Assembly (NCBI GenBank): GCA_041661645.1
Contig: JBAZUA010000001.1
Coordinates: forward strand, 125,074-189,073
Direction: 5' to 3'
DNA from: Minisyncoccota bacterium
GTDB lineage: Bacteria > Patescibacteriota > Minisyncoccia > Phycocordibacterales > UBA6065
DNA: 64,000 nucleotides
Shown piece after piece: positions 1 through 9,262 of this stretch (positions are counted from its first letter, which is position 1; each line of letters begins with the position of its first letter). A program made the position numbers and the translations under genes. The notes under the pieces were generated by a model that worked only from the letters and a program-made list of their open reading frames with translations, had not been told where the DNA came from and did not search any database.

Positions 1-1668
1 GACGATGATGGCGTGCTGAATATTGAGGTTAATCTTCTCGCCGTCCTTTGTGGTGGCTGAATCAGCATGGAAAAGCGATGAGCCGAGACGAGCACCGAGA
101 GACGCTCCGAGATGGGCCATCGTGTTGAACTTCTGCCAACCCTCAGAGAGGGCTGATTCATTGAGAACCGCAACGGCTACCTTTCGCTCTTTATCAGACG
201 AGCCGTTCTTTGGACCCGTTTCTTTAGGCTTCATCAAGGGGAAGGCCTGGGTCTCTCTCAGGGGCTTATCGACAAGGAAGGCAAAGAGTCTCTCGCCGAA
301 TCCAAATCCACAGGTTGGTGGCATGCCATGCTCGAGCATTTCGACAAACTCATAGTCTGCCATCATAGCCTCCTCGTCACCCGCATTGATGAGCTTCTGC
401 TGCGCCTCGAAACGCATCTTTTGGTCTACGGGATCATTAAGCTCCGAATATCCCCTGCCAACCTCACTTCCCGCGATAAGAGGCTGGAACATCTGAGCAA
501 CGGGTTTTCCGGAGACGGATTTTGCCAAAGGAGAAACGAGTAGCGGGTGTTCGACAAGAAACGCTGGGCCAGCGATGTTTTTACGACAATATTTCCAGAG
601 GGTATCCATGAGACGCTCTCGATTGTCGCCGACATACTTCACCTTCAGCTCCTTAAGCTTGGCCTTTATCTCATCCTCAGTTGCCGTCTCGATGCCTACG
701 CCCGTCTGCCTCTGTATCTCTTCCGCATAGCGAATCTCCTTCCACTCGTCGGCAAGATCAAAAGAGTGTCCGCGAGTGGTAAATTTGGTCGTACCAAAGA
801 CCTCCCTGGCTATCGTTATATACAAATCCCTGACGAGCTTCATGCCATCTTTGTAATCGGCATAGCTCCAATAAAATTCCATGTTAGTGAATTCCTGGAG
901 ATGTTCGGGACTCGACCCTTCGTTTCGGTAGACGCGACCGATCTCAAAAGTCTTTGGGAAGCCGGCAGCCATGAGGCGTTTCTGCCAGAGTTCGCCAACG
1001 GAAATACGCATGAACACATCAAGATCATAGTCATTATGAAAAGTCTTGAATGGAGCAGCCTCGGCACCGCCCGTGGTAAGTTCGATGGTCGGGGTCTCAA
1101 CCTCAAGAAAGCCATTGGTCTTCAGAAAGGCCCTCGTCACATCCCAGAATTTAGATTTCTTGTAGAACAAATCCCTGAGATCAGGCGTCATGACCATGTC
1201 GAGGTAGCGCTTGCGAAAACGCTCCTCCTCATCCTGAATGCCATGCCATTTCTCAGGAAGCGGAAGAAGCGATTTGGCGGCCATCATCCATGAGGTGGCG
1301 AGAACGCTCTCCTCTCCTTTCTGGGTCACAAACAACGTCCCCGTCACGCTTATGATGTCACCAATGTCGACAGTATCCGTAAAAAGCCCAAATGAGGAAG
1401 CCTCGATAGAATCCTTCTTAAAAACAGCTTGAAACTTTGCAGTCCCATCATCGAGGACAACGAAAAATATGGCGCCCTGTCCACGAATGGCAGTGATCCT
1501 TCCTGAAAGCGAAAGAGGCGCTGTTTGACCAAGCGACTTGAAATTCTTTTTCACATCTTCAAGCGACATGTCTCTTGGAACCTTGGCCGGATAGGCGTCA
1601 ATGCCCGCCTTCTTGAGGAGCTCGAGCTTTGCCAGCCGTCCGTTTCGTATTTCTTCGAGTGATGCCAT
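1..1668 (-). CDS. lysS: Lysine--tRNA ligase (class II), 3' end beyond window; carries a C-terminal extension
   Basis: The minus frame is absent from the ORF track because it has no in-window stop. Manual translation starts at 1668 with MASLEEIRNGRLAKLELLKKAGIDAYPA and gives the OB-fold block RITAIRGQGAIFFVVLDDGT (about 1441-1500). The motif-2 region reads EFTNMEFYWSYADYKDGMKLVRDLYITIAREVFGTTKF (781-900). The catalytic core ends with GERLFAFLVDKPLRETQAFPLMK (about 220-300). At least 70 further codons continue to position 1 without a stop. Confidence 0.85.
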   Translation of the reverse strand, partial: MASLEEIRNGRLAKLELLKKAGIDAYPAKVPRDMSLEDVKKNFKSLGQTAPLSLSGRITAIRGQGAIFFVVLDDGTAKFQAVFKKDSIEASSFGLFTDTVDIGDIISVTGTLFVTQKGEESVLATSWMMAAKSLLPLPEKWHGIQDEEERFRKRYLDMVMTPDLRDLFYKKSKFWDVTRAFLKTNGFLEVETPTIELTTGGAEAAPFKTFHNDYDLDVFMRISVGELWQKRLMAAGFPKTFEIGRVYRNEGSSPEHLQEFTNMEFYWSYADYKDGMKLVRDLYITIAREVFGTTKFTTRGHSFDLADEWKEIRYAEEIQRQTGVGIETATEDEIKAKLKELKVKYVGDNRERLMDTLWKYCRKNIAGPAFLVEHPLLVSPLAKSVSGKPVAQMFQPLIAGSEVGRGYSELNDPVDQKMRFEAQQKLINAGDEEAMMADYEFVEMLEHGMPPTCGFGFGERLFAFLVDKPLRETQAFPLMKPKETGPKNGSSDKERKVAVAVLNESALSEGWQKFNTMAHLGASLGARLGSSLFHADSATTKDGEKINLNIQHAIIV

Positions 1669-1697
1669 GTGTGGTGCGGCGCCGCAGGCGCCGCGTG

Positions 1698-2162
1698 TTA
1701 GGCGACGGAGATGATCTTATATGCCATCGCGCCCTTTGGGGTGTGGATGGTGACGGTCTCGCCTCGCTTCTTGCCGATGAGAGACGCGCCGAGCGGAGAG
1801 TGGTTCGAGATCATTCCCGCATCGGTGTTAACCTCGTCGGAGCCGACGATCTTGAACTTCTGGGAGCCCTTTGCGCCAGTCTTCTCGACGGTTACCTCTG
1901 AACCCATGGAAACGTGATCACCATGCGCCTCGCGGACGATCTCGGCGGTCTTGAGGGTGTTCTCGATGATGGCAATCCTATCCTCGATGGTAGCCTGTAT
2001 CTCGCGAGCCTCCTGATATTCGGCATTCTCGGACAAATCTCCGAGGGATCGGGCGTATTCGAGATTCTGGGCCACCTCCTTTCGCTTGACCGTCTTCAGG
2101 GTGAGCAGCTCCTGCTCCAACTCCTTGAACTTCTGCTGGGTGAGATATTTTGTGGTATCCAT
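1698..2162 (-). CDS. greA: Transcription elongation factor GreA
   Basis: ORF 1698..2234; internal start MDTTKYLTQQKFKELEQELLTLK gives about 154 aa. The N-terminal coiled-coil and C-terminal FKBP-like region are typical of GreA. It lies immediately upstream of lysS. Confidence 0.9.
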   Translation of the reverse strand: MDTTKYLTQQKFKELEQELLTLKTVKRKEVAQNLEYARSLGDLSENAEYQEAREIQATIEDRIAIIENTLKTAEIVREAHGDHVSMGSEVTVEKTGAKGSQKFKIVGSDEVNTDAGMISNHSPLGASLIGKKRGETVTIHTPKGAMAYKIISVA

Positions 2163-2211
2163 GGTGTGAATTATGTATATGTGGCGCAATGATAGCACAG
2201 TTTTCGGGCAT

Positions 2212-2568
2212 TTAAAAGTCCCGCTCGCGTTCAAGGAAGAGAAGCCTGAGATGGTGCCTGCCGAGCTCTGTGTTAATCGTATCGAGCTTCTTCTCCACCC
2301 TATCGAAACGCTTGTCGATTTCGAGGAATTGCCCCTGTATGCTGGTAGCGAGCCATTCGATTTTGCCGTCCATCATAGATTCCACACGGACGGCAAACGC
2401 CTCTATTTTCGCGTCCATCATGGCCTCCATGCGAATGGCGAAAACCTCCAATTTGGCGTCGATCTTGACACCCACCATCTCCTCCAGACGCACAAAAAAG
2501 GCGTCAAAAGACCTGGCAAGCACGGTCTCGAGCTGTCCGAGAGTGACGAATTGATCCTTTGCTTCCAT
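2212..2568 (-). CDS. Hypothetical coiled-coil protein with three 15-aa tandem repeats
   Basis: 118-aa ORF. The repeats are MVGVKIDAKLEVFAIR / MEAMMDAKIEAFAVR / VESMMDGKIEWLATS. The overlapping plus-strand ORF looks non-proteinaceous. Confidence 0.45.
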   Translation of the reverse strand: MEAKDQFVTLGQLETVLARSFDAFFVRLEEMVGVKIDAKLEVFAIRMEAMMDAKIEAFAVRVESMMDGKIEWLATSIQGQFLEIDKRFDRVEKKLDTINTELGRHHLRLLFLERERDF

Positions 2569-2643
2569 GCAAACATCATAGCGCCCGACATTCGAAAAAG
2601 AGATAAATTAGATATAAAAAACGACAGTCAAACACGTACCGAT

Positions 2644-4323
2644 TTATTCGGCAAGATAGGGTGAGTTGTTCGAGTGCATCCAATCGAACATCTGGCGCAT
2701 GACCGAGGTTGCGCCGAACAGGTTTCCGCGCGGGCCGCGCTCCATCATGACGATGAAGGCGTATTTCGGGTTTTGATAGGGAAAGAAGCCGTTTACCCAT
2801 GAGTTTACGTACGCCTTTGAGACTCCAAGCTCCGCCGTTCCTGTCTTGGCGGCTATCTGCACGTAGGGGACATTGAGTCCGCTCGCGCTTCCAATAAGGG
2901 CACCCTTCCTCATGCCCTCGCGCACAATTTGAAAGTTGGCGGGGTCTATGGGGAGTCTGTCGCCCTCGATCGGCGTCAGCCCGTCATCCTTGAGAATCGT
3001 CGGGTGCAGCAGGGTTCCGCTATTCGCAATCGAGGCCACGGCCTTGAGCATCTGAAGCGGGGTCACCTGGAAGCCATACTGTCCGATCGAGGTGAAATAC
3101 GTATCGCCGATTCTCCACGGGTCGCCCGGAAATACCTTGTCCTTCCATGCGGGCGAAGGAACGGTGCCGGTGGGACCGTCGAAAATGCCGCCGTCGGAGC
3201 TCCTGCCGAGGCCAAACAGCGAGAAGTACTTGTTGAGCCGGTCTATGCCAAGCCCCTCCTGGCCCTCGAAGCCTCCGCCCACCTCGTAGAAATAGACGTT
3301 CGACGACACGGCAATTGCCGTGCGCATGTCGACGAGGCCGTGGGCCTTCCAGTCCATAAAGGTAGTCTTCCTCGTCGGGTCATAGGGGTTCGGCACGCTG
3401 ATCGATCCGGTGCTCAAAATCTGGGTGGCGGGGTCGATGGTCTTTTCGGTGAGGGCCGCGAGCGCCACGTAGGGCTTCACTATCGATCCGGGCGTATAGA
3501 GACCCGATATTATTCGATTGAGGAAGGGTTTGTTCTTGTTATCGGTCAGATACTGGGATATAAGCCTCGAGTTCGTGCCGTCGGTCATGACCTGGCTCGA
3601 ATATTCGGGATAGCTGGTCAGGGCCAGTATCTCACCCGTACGAACGTCGATCATCGCCCCCGCCCCACCGCTGAACCCCACACGCTCGGCCAGAGCCTTG
3701 ATCTCGTCGTAGAGCTTGCCCTGAAATACGGAGTCGATGGACAGGGTCAAATTCTGTCCGTCCCTAGGCTGCCTGATGACCGACTCAGAGTCAGTCTTGC
3801 CGAAGGCGTCGACGCTCACGATCTTGAGACCGTGCTCTCCCTGAAGTTCGGAGTCGAACACCTTCTCGATGCCGGCCACGCCCTCGAACTGGTCTCGATA
3901 ATAGAAGCCGGACTTGTCCTTGGCGGGATACTTGAGGTATCCGAGGAGATGGGCAAAACCATCCTGCGAAGCATACTTCCTGAGCGAGAAGTCGGGGTCA
4001 TTGGGATTCGATGCGTTCCAGGCGAGCTTGACTCCGTTTCTATCGGCGATGGCGCCGCGTTCCGAGAAGATGAGCGTCTGTCTCACCATGTTGTTCTCGC
4101 TCATCTGGGCAAATGAGTTGCCGTTCTTGACCTGAAGCGACCAGTCCTTGGCCACGAGCACAAGGGCAAGCAGTCCGAAGACGGACGAGAGGACGATGAT
4201 CGATGCCAGGGATATCGGTTTTTCGATGCGCCCCTCGAACTGATGCACGTCGAAAGCCGGCAGGTTCTCCGCATCAAGGAATATCTCGTCCGGGTCTATC
4301 TGAACGCGTCTCTTTCTGTTCAT
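2644..4323 (-). CDS. mrdA: Penicillin-binding protein 2 (peptidoglycan D,D-transpeptidase)
   Basis: 559 aa with an N-terminal TM helix. KTGTAE (KTG) motif present, with a PBP dimerisation plus transpeptidase layout. Sits downstream of mreBCD. Confidence 0.85.
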   Translation of the reverse strand: MNRKRRVQIDPDEIFLDAENLPAFDVHQFEGRIEKPISLASIIVLSSVFGLLALVLVAKDWSLQVKNGNSFAQMSENNMVRQTLIFSERGAIADRNGVKLAWNASNPNDPDFSLRKYASQDGFAHLLGYLKYPAKDKSGFYYRDQFEGVAGIEKVFDSELQGEHGLKIVSVDAFGKTDSESVIRQPRDGQNLTLSIDSVFQGKLYDEIKALAERVGFSGGAGAMIDVRTGEILALTSYPEYSSQVMTDGTNSRLISQYLTDNKNKPFLNRIISGLYTPGSIVKPYVALAALTEKTIDPATQILSTGSISVPNPYDPTRKTTFMDWKAHGLVDMRTAIAVSSNVYFYEVGGGFEGQEGLGIDRLNKYFSLFGLGRSSDGGIFDGPTGTVPSPAWKDKVFPGDPWRIGDTYFTSIGQYGFQVTPLQMLKAVASIANSGTLLHPTILKDDGLTPIEGDRLPIDPANFQIVREGMRKGALIGSASGLNVPYVQIAAKTGTAELGVSKAYVNSWVNGFFPYQNPKYAFIVMMERGPRGNLFGATSVMRQMFDWMHSNNSPYLAE

Positions 4324-4332
4324 GGAATCATC

Positions 4333-4581
4333 TTACCAGGAAACACGGCTTCGGATCGCGGTCGCCGTCACGAAGGCCAGGACGGCAAAGGCGCTCCAGA
4401 CGAACGGGAAGCCATGAAAGCCAGAGGGGGTGGCATACAGCGAGTCGATGAGCATTCCATAGATGGCGACCTCATAAAAGTGCGGCACGAGAAAGCAGGC
4501 GGCGAGCATCAGGGGCACACAGAGCCACCATGGGAAGAAGAGTGCCGATATGATGAGGGTTATGTTGAAGGCGATGCGCAT
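4333..4581 (-). CDS. mreD: Rod shape-determining protein MreD-like small membrane protein
   Basis: 82 aa, polytopic and hydrophobic, positioned between mreC and mrdA. Confidence 0.55.
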   Translation of the reverse strand: MRIAFNITLIISALFFPWWLCVPLMLAACFLVPHFYEVAIYGMLIDSLYATPSGFHGFPFVWSAFAVLAFVTATAIRSRVSW

Positions 4582-4592
4582 GAGAAATGGAG

Positions 4593-5351
4593 CTAGCGGG
4601 CCTTTGACTCAGTCTCAACCTCGACGAACTGAAGCTGATGCATGTTGACGGGCGCCTTGAAGAGAATGGTCTGAAGGGAATCCGTCGAATCGACCGATAT
4701 GTTCTCGACGATGCCGAATATGTGCGAGCGGATATGTGGAAAGGTTATTGCATCGCCCTCTTTGACATCGACGCCGACGGGGAGACGCGCCTCGAAGTTG
4801 CCCCCTCCCCTGCCCACGGCCTGTGCCTGGACGGTGGAAGATCCGAAGAGGACGGGCACGATCCGCCCCGGCATCGAGAAAAGGCTGACGCGCGCGGTGG
4901 CCCCGAAGACCTCGGAGACGTCGCCGAGAAGCACCGTCCCGTCGGAATACACCTTGTCTCCGATGGCGATCCCGTCGGATGAGCCGACGTCGATGATGAA
5001 CGTGTCGTAGAACGAGAGCGGTGGACGCGAGAGTATGATGCCGAGGACGTCCTTGCCGGACGGAACGCGTCCGAGGAGGCTCTTGAGCTGTTCGTTCTCC
5101 CTCTTGAGGCCATCAAGCAGGAGCGCGCCCGAATCACGAATCGCTATTTCCCCCTGAAGGCGCTGATTCTCGACGAGAAGGGTGTATTTGGAGCTGACCA
5201 GGGATCCGAGCCTGCCGAATATCCCCAAAACGGACGCCTCGGATTTCCAGGCAACGGATGCCATGGGAAGGAACATCCTGGCATAGAAATTAGGAAAGAT
5301 GAGGTGTATGACGAAGAGTAGGCCTACGCCCATAATCGCGGCGGCCGTCAT
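4593..5351 (-). CDS. mreC: Rod shape-determining protein MreC
   Basis: ORF 4593..5426. The preferred start at 5351 (MTAAAIMGVGLLF...) lies 26 nt after the mreB stop and is preceded by the purine-rich stretch gaagaaggg. An N-terminal TM helix, a coiled-coil and a beta-rich C-terminal domain follow. Confidence 0.8.
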   Translation of the reverse strand: MTAAAIMGVGLLFVIHLIFPNFYARMFLPMASVAWKSEASVLGIFGRLGSLVSSKYTLLVENQRLQGEIAIRDSGALLLDGLKRENEQLKSLLGRVPSGKDVLGIILSRPPLSFYDTFIIDVGSSDGIAIGDKVYSDGTVLLGDVSEVFGATARVSLFSMPGRIVPVLFGSSTVQAQAVGRGGGNFEARLPVGVDVKEGDAITFPHIRSHIFGIVENISVDSTDSLQTILFKAPVNMHQLQFVEVETESKAR

Positions 5352-5376
5352 GGCCCTGCCCTTCTTCTGCTGAACG

Positions 5377-6441
5377 TTACTGCGTCTTAGGTAGGTCATC
5401 TTCGTTTTGGATGAGCACGTCAGCATACTTCTCTATGTCCTCGAGGATCATCCCTGTGCCGCGGGCGACCGCGGTGAGAGGGTCATCCGCTATATGGACG
5501 GGAATCTTGACGCTCTCCTCGATGAGGGTGTCGAGGCCGCGGATGAGGGCACCTCCCCCGACGAGGTAGATGCCGCGATGCATGACGTCGGCGAGGATCT
5601 CGGGAGGCATGGTCTCGAGCACCTCCTTGACCGAGTCGACGAGGTTCTCGACGGACTGTCCGACGGCCTGTCGGATGTCGGAGTCGGTGAGGACGACCTC
5701 GCGCGGGAGGCCGGTGACCAGGTCGCGCCCGCGAATCGGCGCCTCGTGCGGCGTAGCCCCCGGCACGACGACGCCGATGGCGATCTTCACATCCTCGGCA
5801 GTCTTCTCGCCGATGAGTATCTTGAACTCGTTCCTGATGTACGAGATGATGTCGTTGTTGAGGCGGTCTCCGGCGATCTTGAGGGATTTGGAGCGCACGA
5901 CTCCGCCAAGGGATATGACGGCGATGTCCGTGGTTCCGCCGCCGATGTCGATGACCATGTTGCCCGCGGGCTCATGAATCGGAAGCTTGATGCCGATCGC
6001 GGCCGCCATCGGCTGCTCGACGACGTGAACCTCGCGCGCGCCGGCATTTTTGGTGGCATCGCGGACGGCGCGCGCCTCGACGTTGGTCACGCCCGAGGGA
6101 ATGCCCACGATGACGCGGGGACCGAAGAACTTCTTGGAATCCTTCTGCGACTTATTGAGAAGGTAGACGAGCATCTCCTCGGCAATCTCAAAGTCCGAGA
6201 TGACACCCTCAACGAGCGGTCGGACGGCTGCGATATGGGCCGGGGTTCTGCCAAGCATGTCCTTTGCCTGTGAGCCGACCGCCACGACGCGACCAGTTTT
6301 CTGATTGATGGCGACGACTGACGGCTCGTTAATGATGATGCCCTGCCCCTTCACGTACACGAGGGTATTCGCGGTTCCAAGGTCGATGCCTATGTCATGC
6401 GAGAAGGCAGCGTACAGTCTATCAGTGAGTTTTTGTATCAT
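5377..6441 (-). CDS. mreB: Rod shape-determining actin homolog MreB
   Basis: 354 aa. Carries IGIDLGTANTLVYV, DIGGGTTDIAV and other actin-fold ATPase motifs. Confidence 0.95.
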   Translation of the reverse strand: MIQKLTDRLYAAFSHDIGIDLGTANTLVYVKGQGIIINEPSVVAINQKTGRVVAVGSQAKDMLGRTPAHIAAVRPLVEGVISDFEIAEEMLVYLLNKSQKDSKKFFGPRVIVGIPSGVTNVEARAVRDATKNAGAREVHVVEQPMAAAIGIKLPIHEPAGNMVIDIGGGTTDIAVISLGGVVRSKSLKIAGDRLNNDIISYIRNEFKILIGEKTAEDVKIAIGVVVPGATPHEAPIRGRDLVTGLPREVVLTDSDIRQAVGQSVENLVDSVKEVLETMPPEILADVMHRGIYLVGGGALIRGLDTLIEESVKIPVHIADDPLTAVARGTGMILEDIEKYADVLIQNEDDLPKTQ

Positions 6442-7706
6442 GAAAGCAGTTGTATAAGCTCCTTCTCGGTAATCATGGAGGTGGCGCCCGTGGCCCGCTC
6501 CTTCAGTTCATACGTTCCAGCGGCCAAAGTCTTTTCAGAGACGACGATACGATAAGGCATCCCCATGAGATCGGCATCTGCGAATTTCTCGCCCGGTCGC
6601 GTCTCGCGGTCGTCATAGAGGACCTCGATGCCGGCGGCGGAGAGGGCCGCGTAGAGTCGGTCCGCCTCGTTTCGCGAGGCATTGGCTGGATCGGTTGCGC
6701 CACCCCTGCCGTCGACAAGAACGAGATGGGCCTTGAACGGTGCGACGGATTTCGGCCAGACGATACCCTTGTCATCGGCGAGGGCCTCGACGATAGTCCC
6801 CATGACGCGACTGAGACCGATACCGTAGCAGCCCATGATGACCGTCTTCTTCTCGCCCTTCTCGTCGATGTACGCGAGATTCAAGGGCTCGGAGAATTTG
6901 GTGCCGAGGTTAAAGATGTTCCCCACCTCGACGGCCTTCTTTTCCACAAGCTCTTCTCGCTTAAGGCCAAGATCAGCAAGAACCGATGGCTCGAGCACCT
7001 CCTTGTTCACGGCAACCTTCTTGCCCTCATGAACATAAATCATGTCTTCGCCAGCATCGGTTATAGTCTGAAACTCTTCGGAGTACTTGCTGAAACTCCC
7101 CCCAAGGGCGAATGTCGGATATGTCACATGACCGAGGCCCACACGGGCAAATATATTCACATACGCCTGCTTTGCCTTTTGATAGAAAGAATCATGCTCT
7201 TCCTGGGTCCTGGAAAAGGAATAGAGGTCCTTCATGAGAAACTCGCGCCCGCGCATGATACCTGACTTGGCACGGGCCTCGTTCCTGAACTTCGTCTGGA
7301 ACTGATATACGGATCGAGGGAGGTCTCGATACGATGAAACATACTCCGACATGATCTCGGTCAAAGGCTCCTCGTGAGTCGATGCCAGTCCGACCTCCGT
7401 GCCGTTCTGAAACTTTGACTTGAACCAGTTATCGACGACCGAATCATCCCAGCGATTGGTCTTTTGCCAGAGGGCCTTGCTCTGAAGGGCGGTAAGCGAG
7501 ACCTCCTGCCCGCCGATGGCATTGACCTCGTCGCGGATGATCTGCTCGATGTTTTCCATGACGCGCAGGCCGAGCGGCAAAAACGCATACACGCCCGCCA
7601 TCTCCTTGTAGACATATCCCGCGCGTATGAGAAGCTGCGCGTTCTTGGCAACCTCATCTTTAGGTGCCTCCTTTCGGGTCTTGGTGAATAGTTTGCTCTG
7701 GCGCAT
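6438..7706 (-). CDS. proS: Proline--tRNA ligase (short bacterial type lacking the editing insertion)
   Basis: 422 aa. Class II aaRS motifs are present, with an N-terminus MRQSKLFTKTRKEAPKDE typical of ProRS and a C-terminal anticodon-binding domain. Confidence 0.9.
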   Translation of the reverse strand: MRQSKLFTKTRKEAPKDEVAKNAQLLIRAGYVYKEMAGVYAFLPLGLRVMENIEQIIRDEVNAIGGQEVSLTALQSKALWQKTNRWDDSVVDNWFKSKFQNGTEVGLASTHEEPLTEIMSEYVSSYRDLPRSVYQFQTKFRNEARAKSGIMRGREFLMKDLYSFSRTQEEHDSFYQKAKQAYVNIFARVGLGHVTYPTFALGGSFSKYSEEFQTITDAGEDMIYVHEGKKVAVNKEVLEPSVLADLGLKREELVEKKAVEVGNIFNLGTKFSEPLNLAYIDEKGEKKTVIMGCYGIGLSRVMGTIVEALADDKGIVWPKSVAPFKAHLVLVDGRGGATDPANASRNEADRLYAALSAAGIEVLYDDRETRPGEKFADADLMGMPYRIVVSEKTLAAGTYELKERATGATSMITEKELIQLLS

Positions 7707-7795
7707 GGTTTTATCGCTTAAAGACGCTTTGGTATCGCAATAATAGCCTATATCCTATGGTTTTGGAAGCTTGCGGATTCTGACTCCGAATGCCA

Positions 7796-7824
7796 TTGCA
7801 ATTAGCGAGTATCTGTGGTATTAT
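7796..7824 (+). promoter_or_regulatory. Putative sigma70-type promoter (TTGCAA-N17-TATTAT)
   Basis: Hexamers were read directly in the intergenic region upstream of the small ORF at 7873. Coordinates are approximate to +/-1. Confidence 0.3.
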
Positions 7825-7872
7825 ACAGAGCAGTCAGCCACTTCGTATTTCAACGTCAGTTCCTCGCAATAC

Positions 7873-8079
7873 ATGAAAAAACTAGCTCTCGCAGCCCTCT
7901 CGTCCGAGCGTTCTGCGAGAATCCTTCACATCACCCTCAGCGTCATCTTCCCGGGCCTCGCCCTCTACGCCTTCCAACAGAGGCCTCCCCAGGTTTTCCT
8001 GGGCCTCCTTTGGATCATCGTAAGTGCCCTGTTCATCAAGGCAACGCCCGGAAAGAAAACTGAGAGCGACACGATATGA
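7873..8079 (+). CDS. Small hydrophobic membrane protein (68 aa), hypothetical
   Basis: ATG at 7873 within ORF 7771..8079 (MKKLALAALSSERSARILHITLSVIFPGLALYAFQQ...). A rho-independent terminator follows 8 nt downstream. No clear SD sequence. Confidence 0.35.
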   Translation: MKKLALAALSSERSARILHITLSVIFPGLALYAFQQRPPQVFLGLLWIIVSALFIKATPGKKTESDTI

Positions 8080-8086
8080 CAGGCAA

Positions 8087-8124
8087 GCCCCGCGACCACT
8101 CAGTGGCGCGGGGCTTTTTTCTTT
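8087..8124 (+). terminator. Rho-independent terminator (gccccgcg-N11-cgcggggc followed by a T-rich tract)
   Basis: An 8-bp GC stem followed by TTTTTTCTTTT, lying between the small plus-strand ORF and the rseP 3' end. Confidence 0.7.
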
Positions 8125-8140
8125 TCCTATCAGATAACCT

Positions 8141-9232
8141 TTATCTGAAGATCTTGAGTATGTCCCGATAGGTGACAAACAGCATGAGAAGTATCAGTAT
8201 GCCGAAGCCGACCGCATTTGTCATGTTGGCGACGGCTGGCCTGATCGGCGAGCGCTTGATCGCCTCGATTATGACGAACAGGATGCGTCCTCCGTCGAGC
8301 GCCGGGAATGGCACCAGGTTAAGCGCAGCGAGGTTAAGCGATATGAATGCGGTGAACGAGAGCAGATAAACTATGCCGAGCTTGCCCGCGTCGCCGACCA
8401 GTCGGGCGATACCCACAGGGCCGGAGACCTGCGAGAAATCGGCCCTGCCAAGCACCGCGTCATGAGCGAGCGTATACAGATTCGTGGCTATGCCCGTGAA
8501 CATGTCGATAGTGAGCCTCCCTCCCTCCCAGATGGCGAGATGGAGCGGCAGGACGACCTTACCGGCCTGGTCCATGGATATGCCGATGGCATATACGTCT
8601 GACGAGCCCATCTCGGGAATCGCCGTGACAGAGAGGTCCGTGCCGTCTCGATCAATGCCGAAGGTCATCTCGGCCCCTTTCGACGCCCTAACCGCCGCCT
8701 GTATGAATTCGACGGTCGGCACAGAGGTCGTGGCTCCCGCGGCGAAGAGGGTCCTCACCTGGTCACCCGACTTGAGGCCCGCCTTGAGGGCCGGAGAGTT
8801 CGGTAGAATGCCGAGTATGATGACATGTGAGTCCTGGACGTATTTGTTGTCCGTGCCGGTGACGATGGTCGTCATACCCGAGAGATACGCGACGGAAAAG
8901 AGGAGCCATGCGAAGAGGATGTTCATGAGCACGCCCGAGGCGAGCACCACCACCTGCTTCCATTTGGCTATGTTGACGAAGCTCCTGCCTTTGTGAGGAC
9001 CATCTATCGAATCAGCATCGGGATTCTCCCCGAATATCTTGACGAACCCGCCGAACGGGATGGCGTTTATGGAATAAAGCGTCTCCCCTACCTTCTTGCC
9101 CCAGATCCTCGGTGGGAATCCGAGGCCGAACTCGTCCACGCGGACGCCGAATCGCTTGGCCGCGAAGAAATGGCCGAACTCGTGAACGAGCACAAGCACC
9201 GCAAGTATGACGAAAAAGAGGACTATGGACAT
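8141..9232 (-). CDS. rseP: RIP zinc metalloprotease RseP (site-2 protease, M50)
   Basis: 363 aa. HEFGHF zinc motif in TM1, an internal PDZ domain, and a C-terminal TM region. Confidence 0.9.
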   Translation of the reverse strand: MSIVLFFVILAVLVLVHEFGHFFAAKRFGVRVDEFGLGFPPRIWGKKVGETLYSINAIPFGGFVKIFGENPDADSIDGPHKGRSFVNIAKWKQVVVLASGVLMNILFAWLLFSVAYLSGMTTIVTGTDNKYVQDSHVIILGILPNSPALKAGLKSGDQVRTLFAAGATTSVPTVEFIQAAVRASKGAEMTFGIDRDGTDLSVTAIPEMGSSDVYAIGISMDQAGKVVLPLHLAIWEGGRLTIDMFTGIATNLYTLAHDAVLGRADFSQVSGPVGIARLVGDAGKLGIVYLLSFTAFISLNLAALNLVPFPALDGGRILFVIIEAIKRSPIRPAVANMTNAVGFGILILLMLFVTYRDILKIFR

Positions 9233-9262
9233 GTGATGAATGGTGCGCGATCGCGCTTTAGG

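Noticed and set aside
547-1293. 248-aa plus-strand ORF overlapping lysS
   Set aside because: Its translation is low-complexity and non-protein-like. It is antisense to a lysS frame with unmistakable class II LysRS motifs.
2929-4116. 395-aa plus-strand ORF
   Set aside because: Arg/Gly/Val-rich antisense ORF inside mrdA (PBP2), an artefact of high GC.
5407-6273. 288-aa plus-strand ORF
   Set aside because: Antisense to mreB with Asp/Gly/Arg-rich composition and no domain signal.
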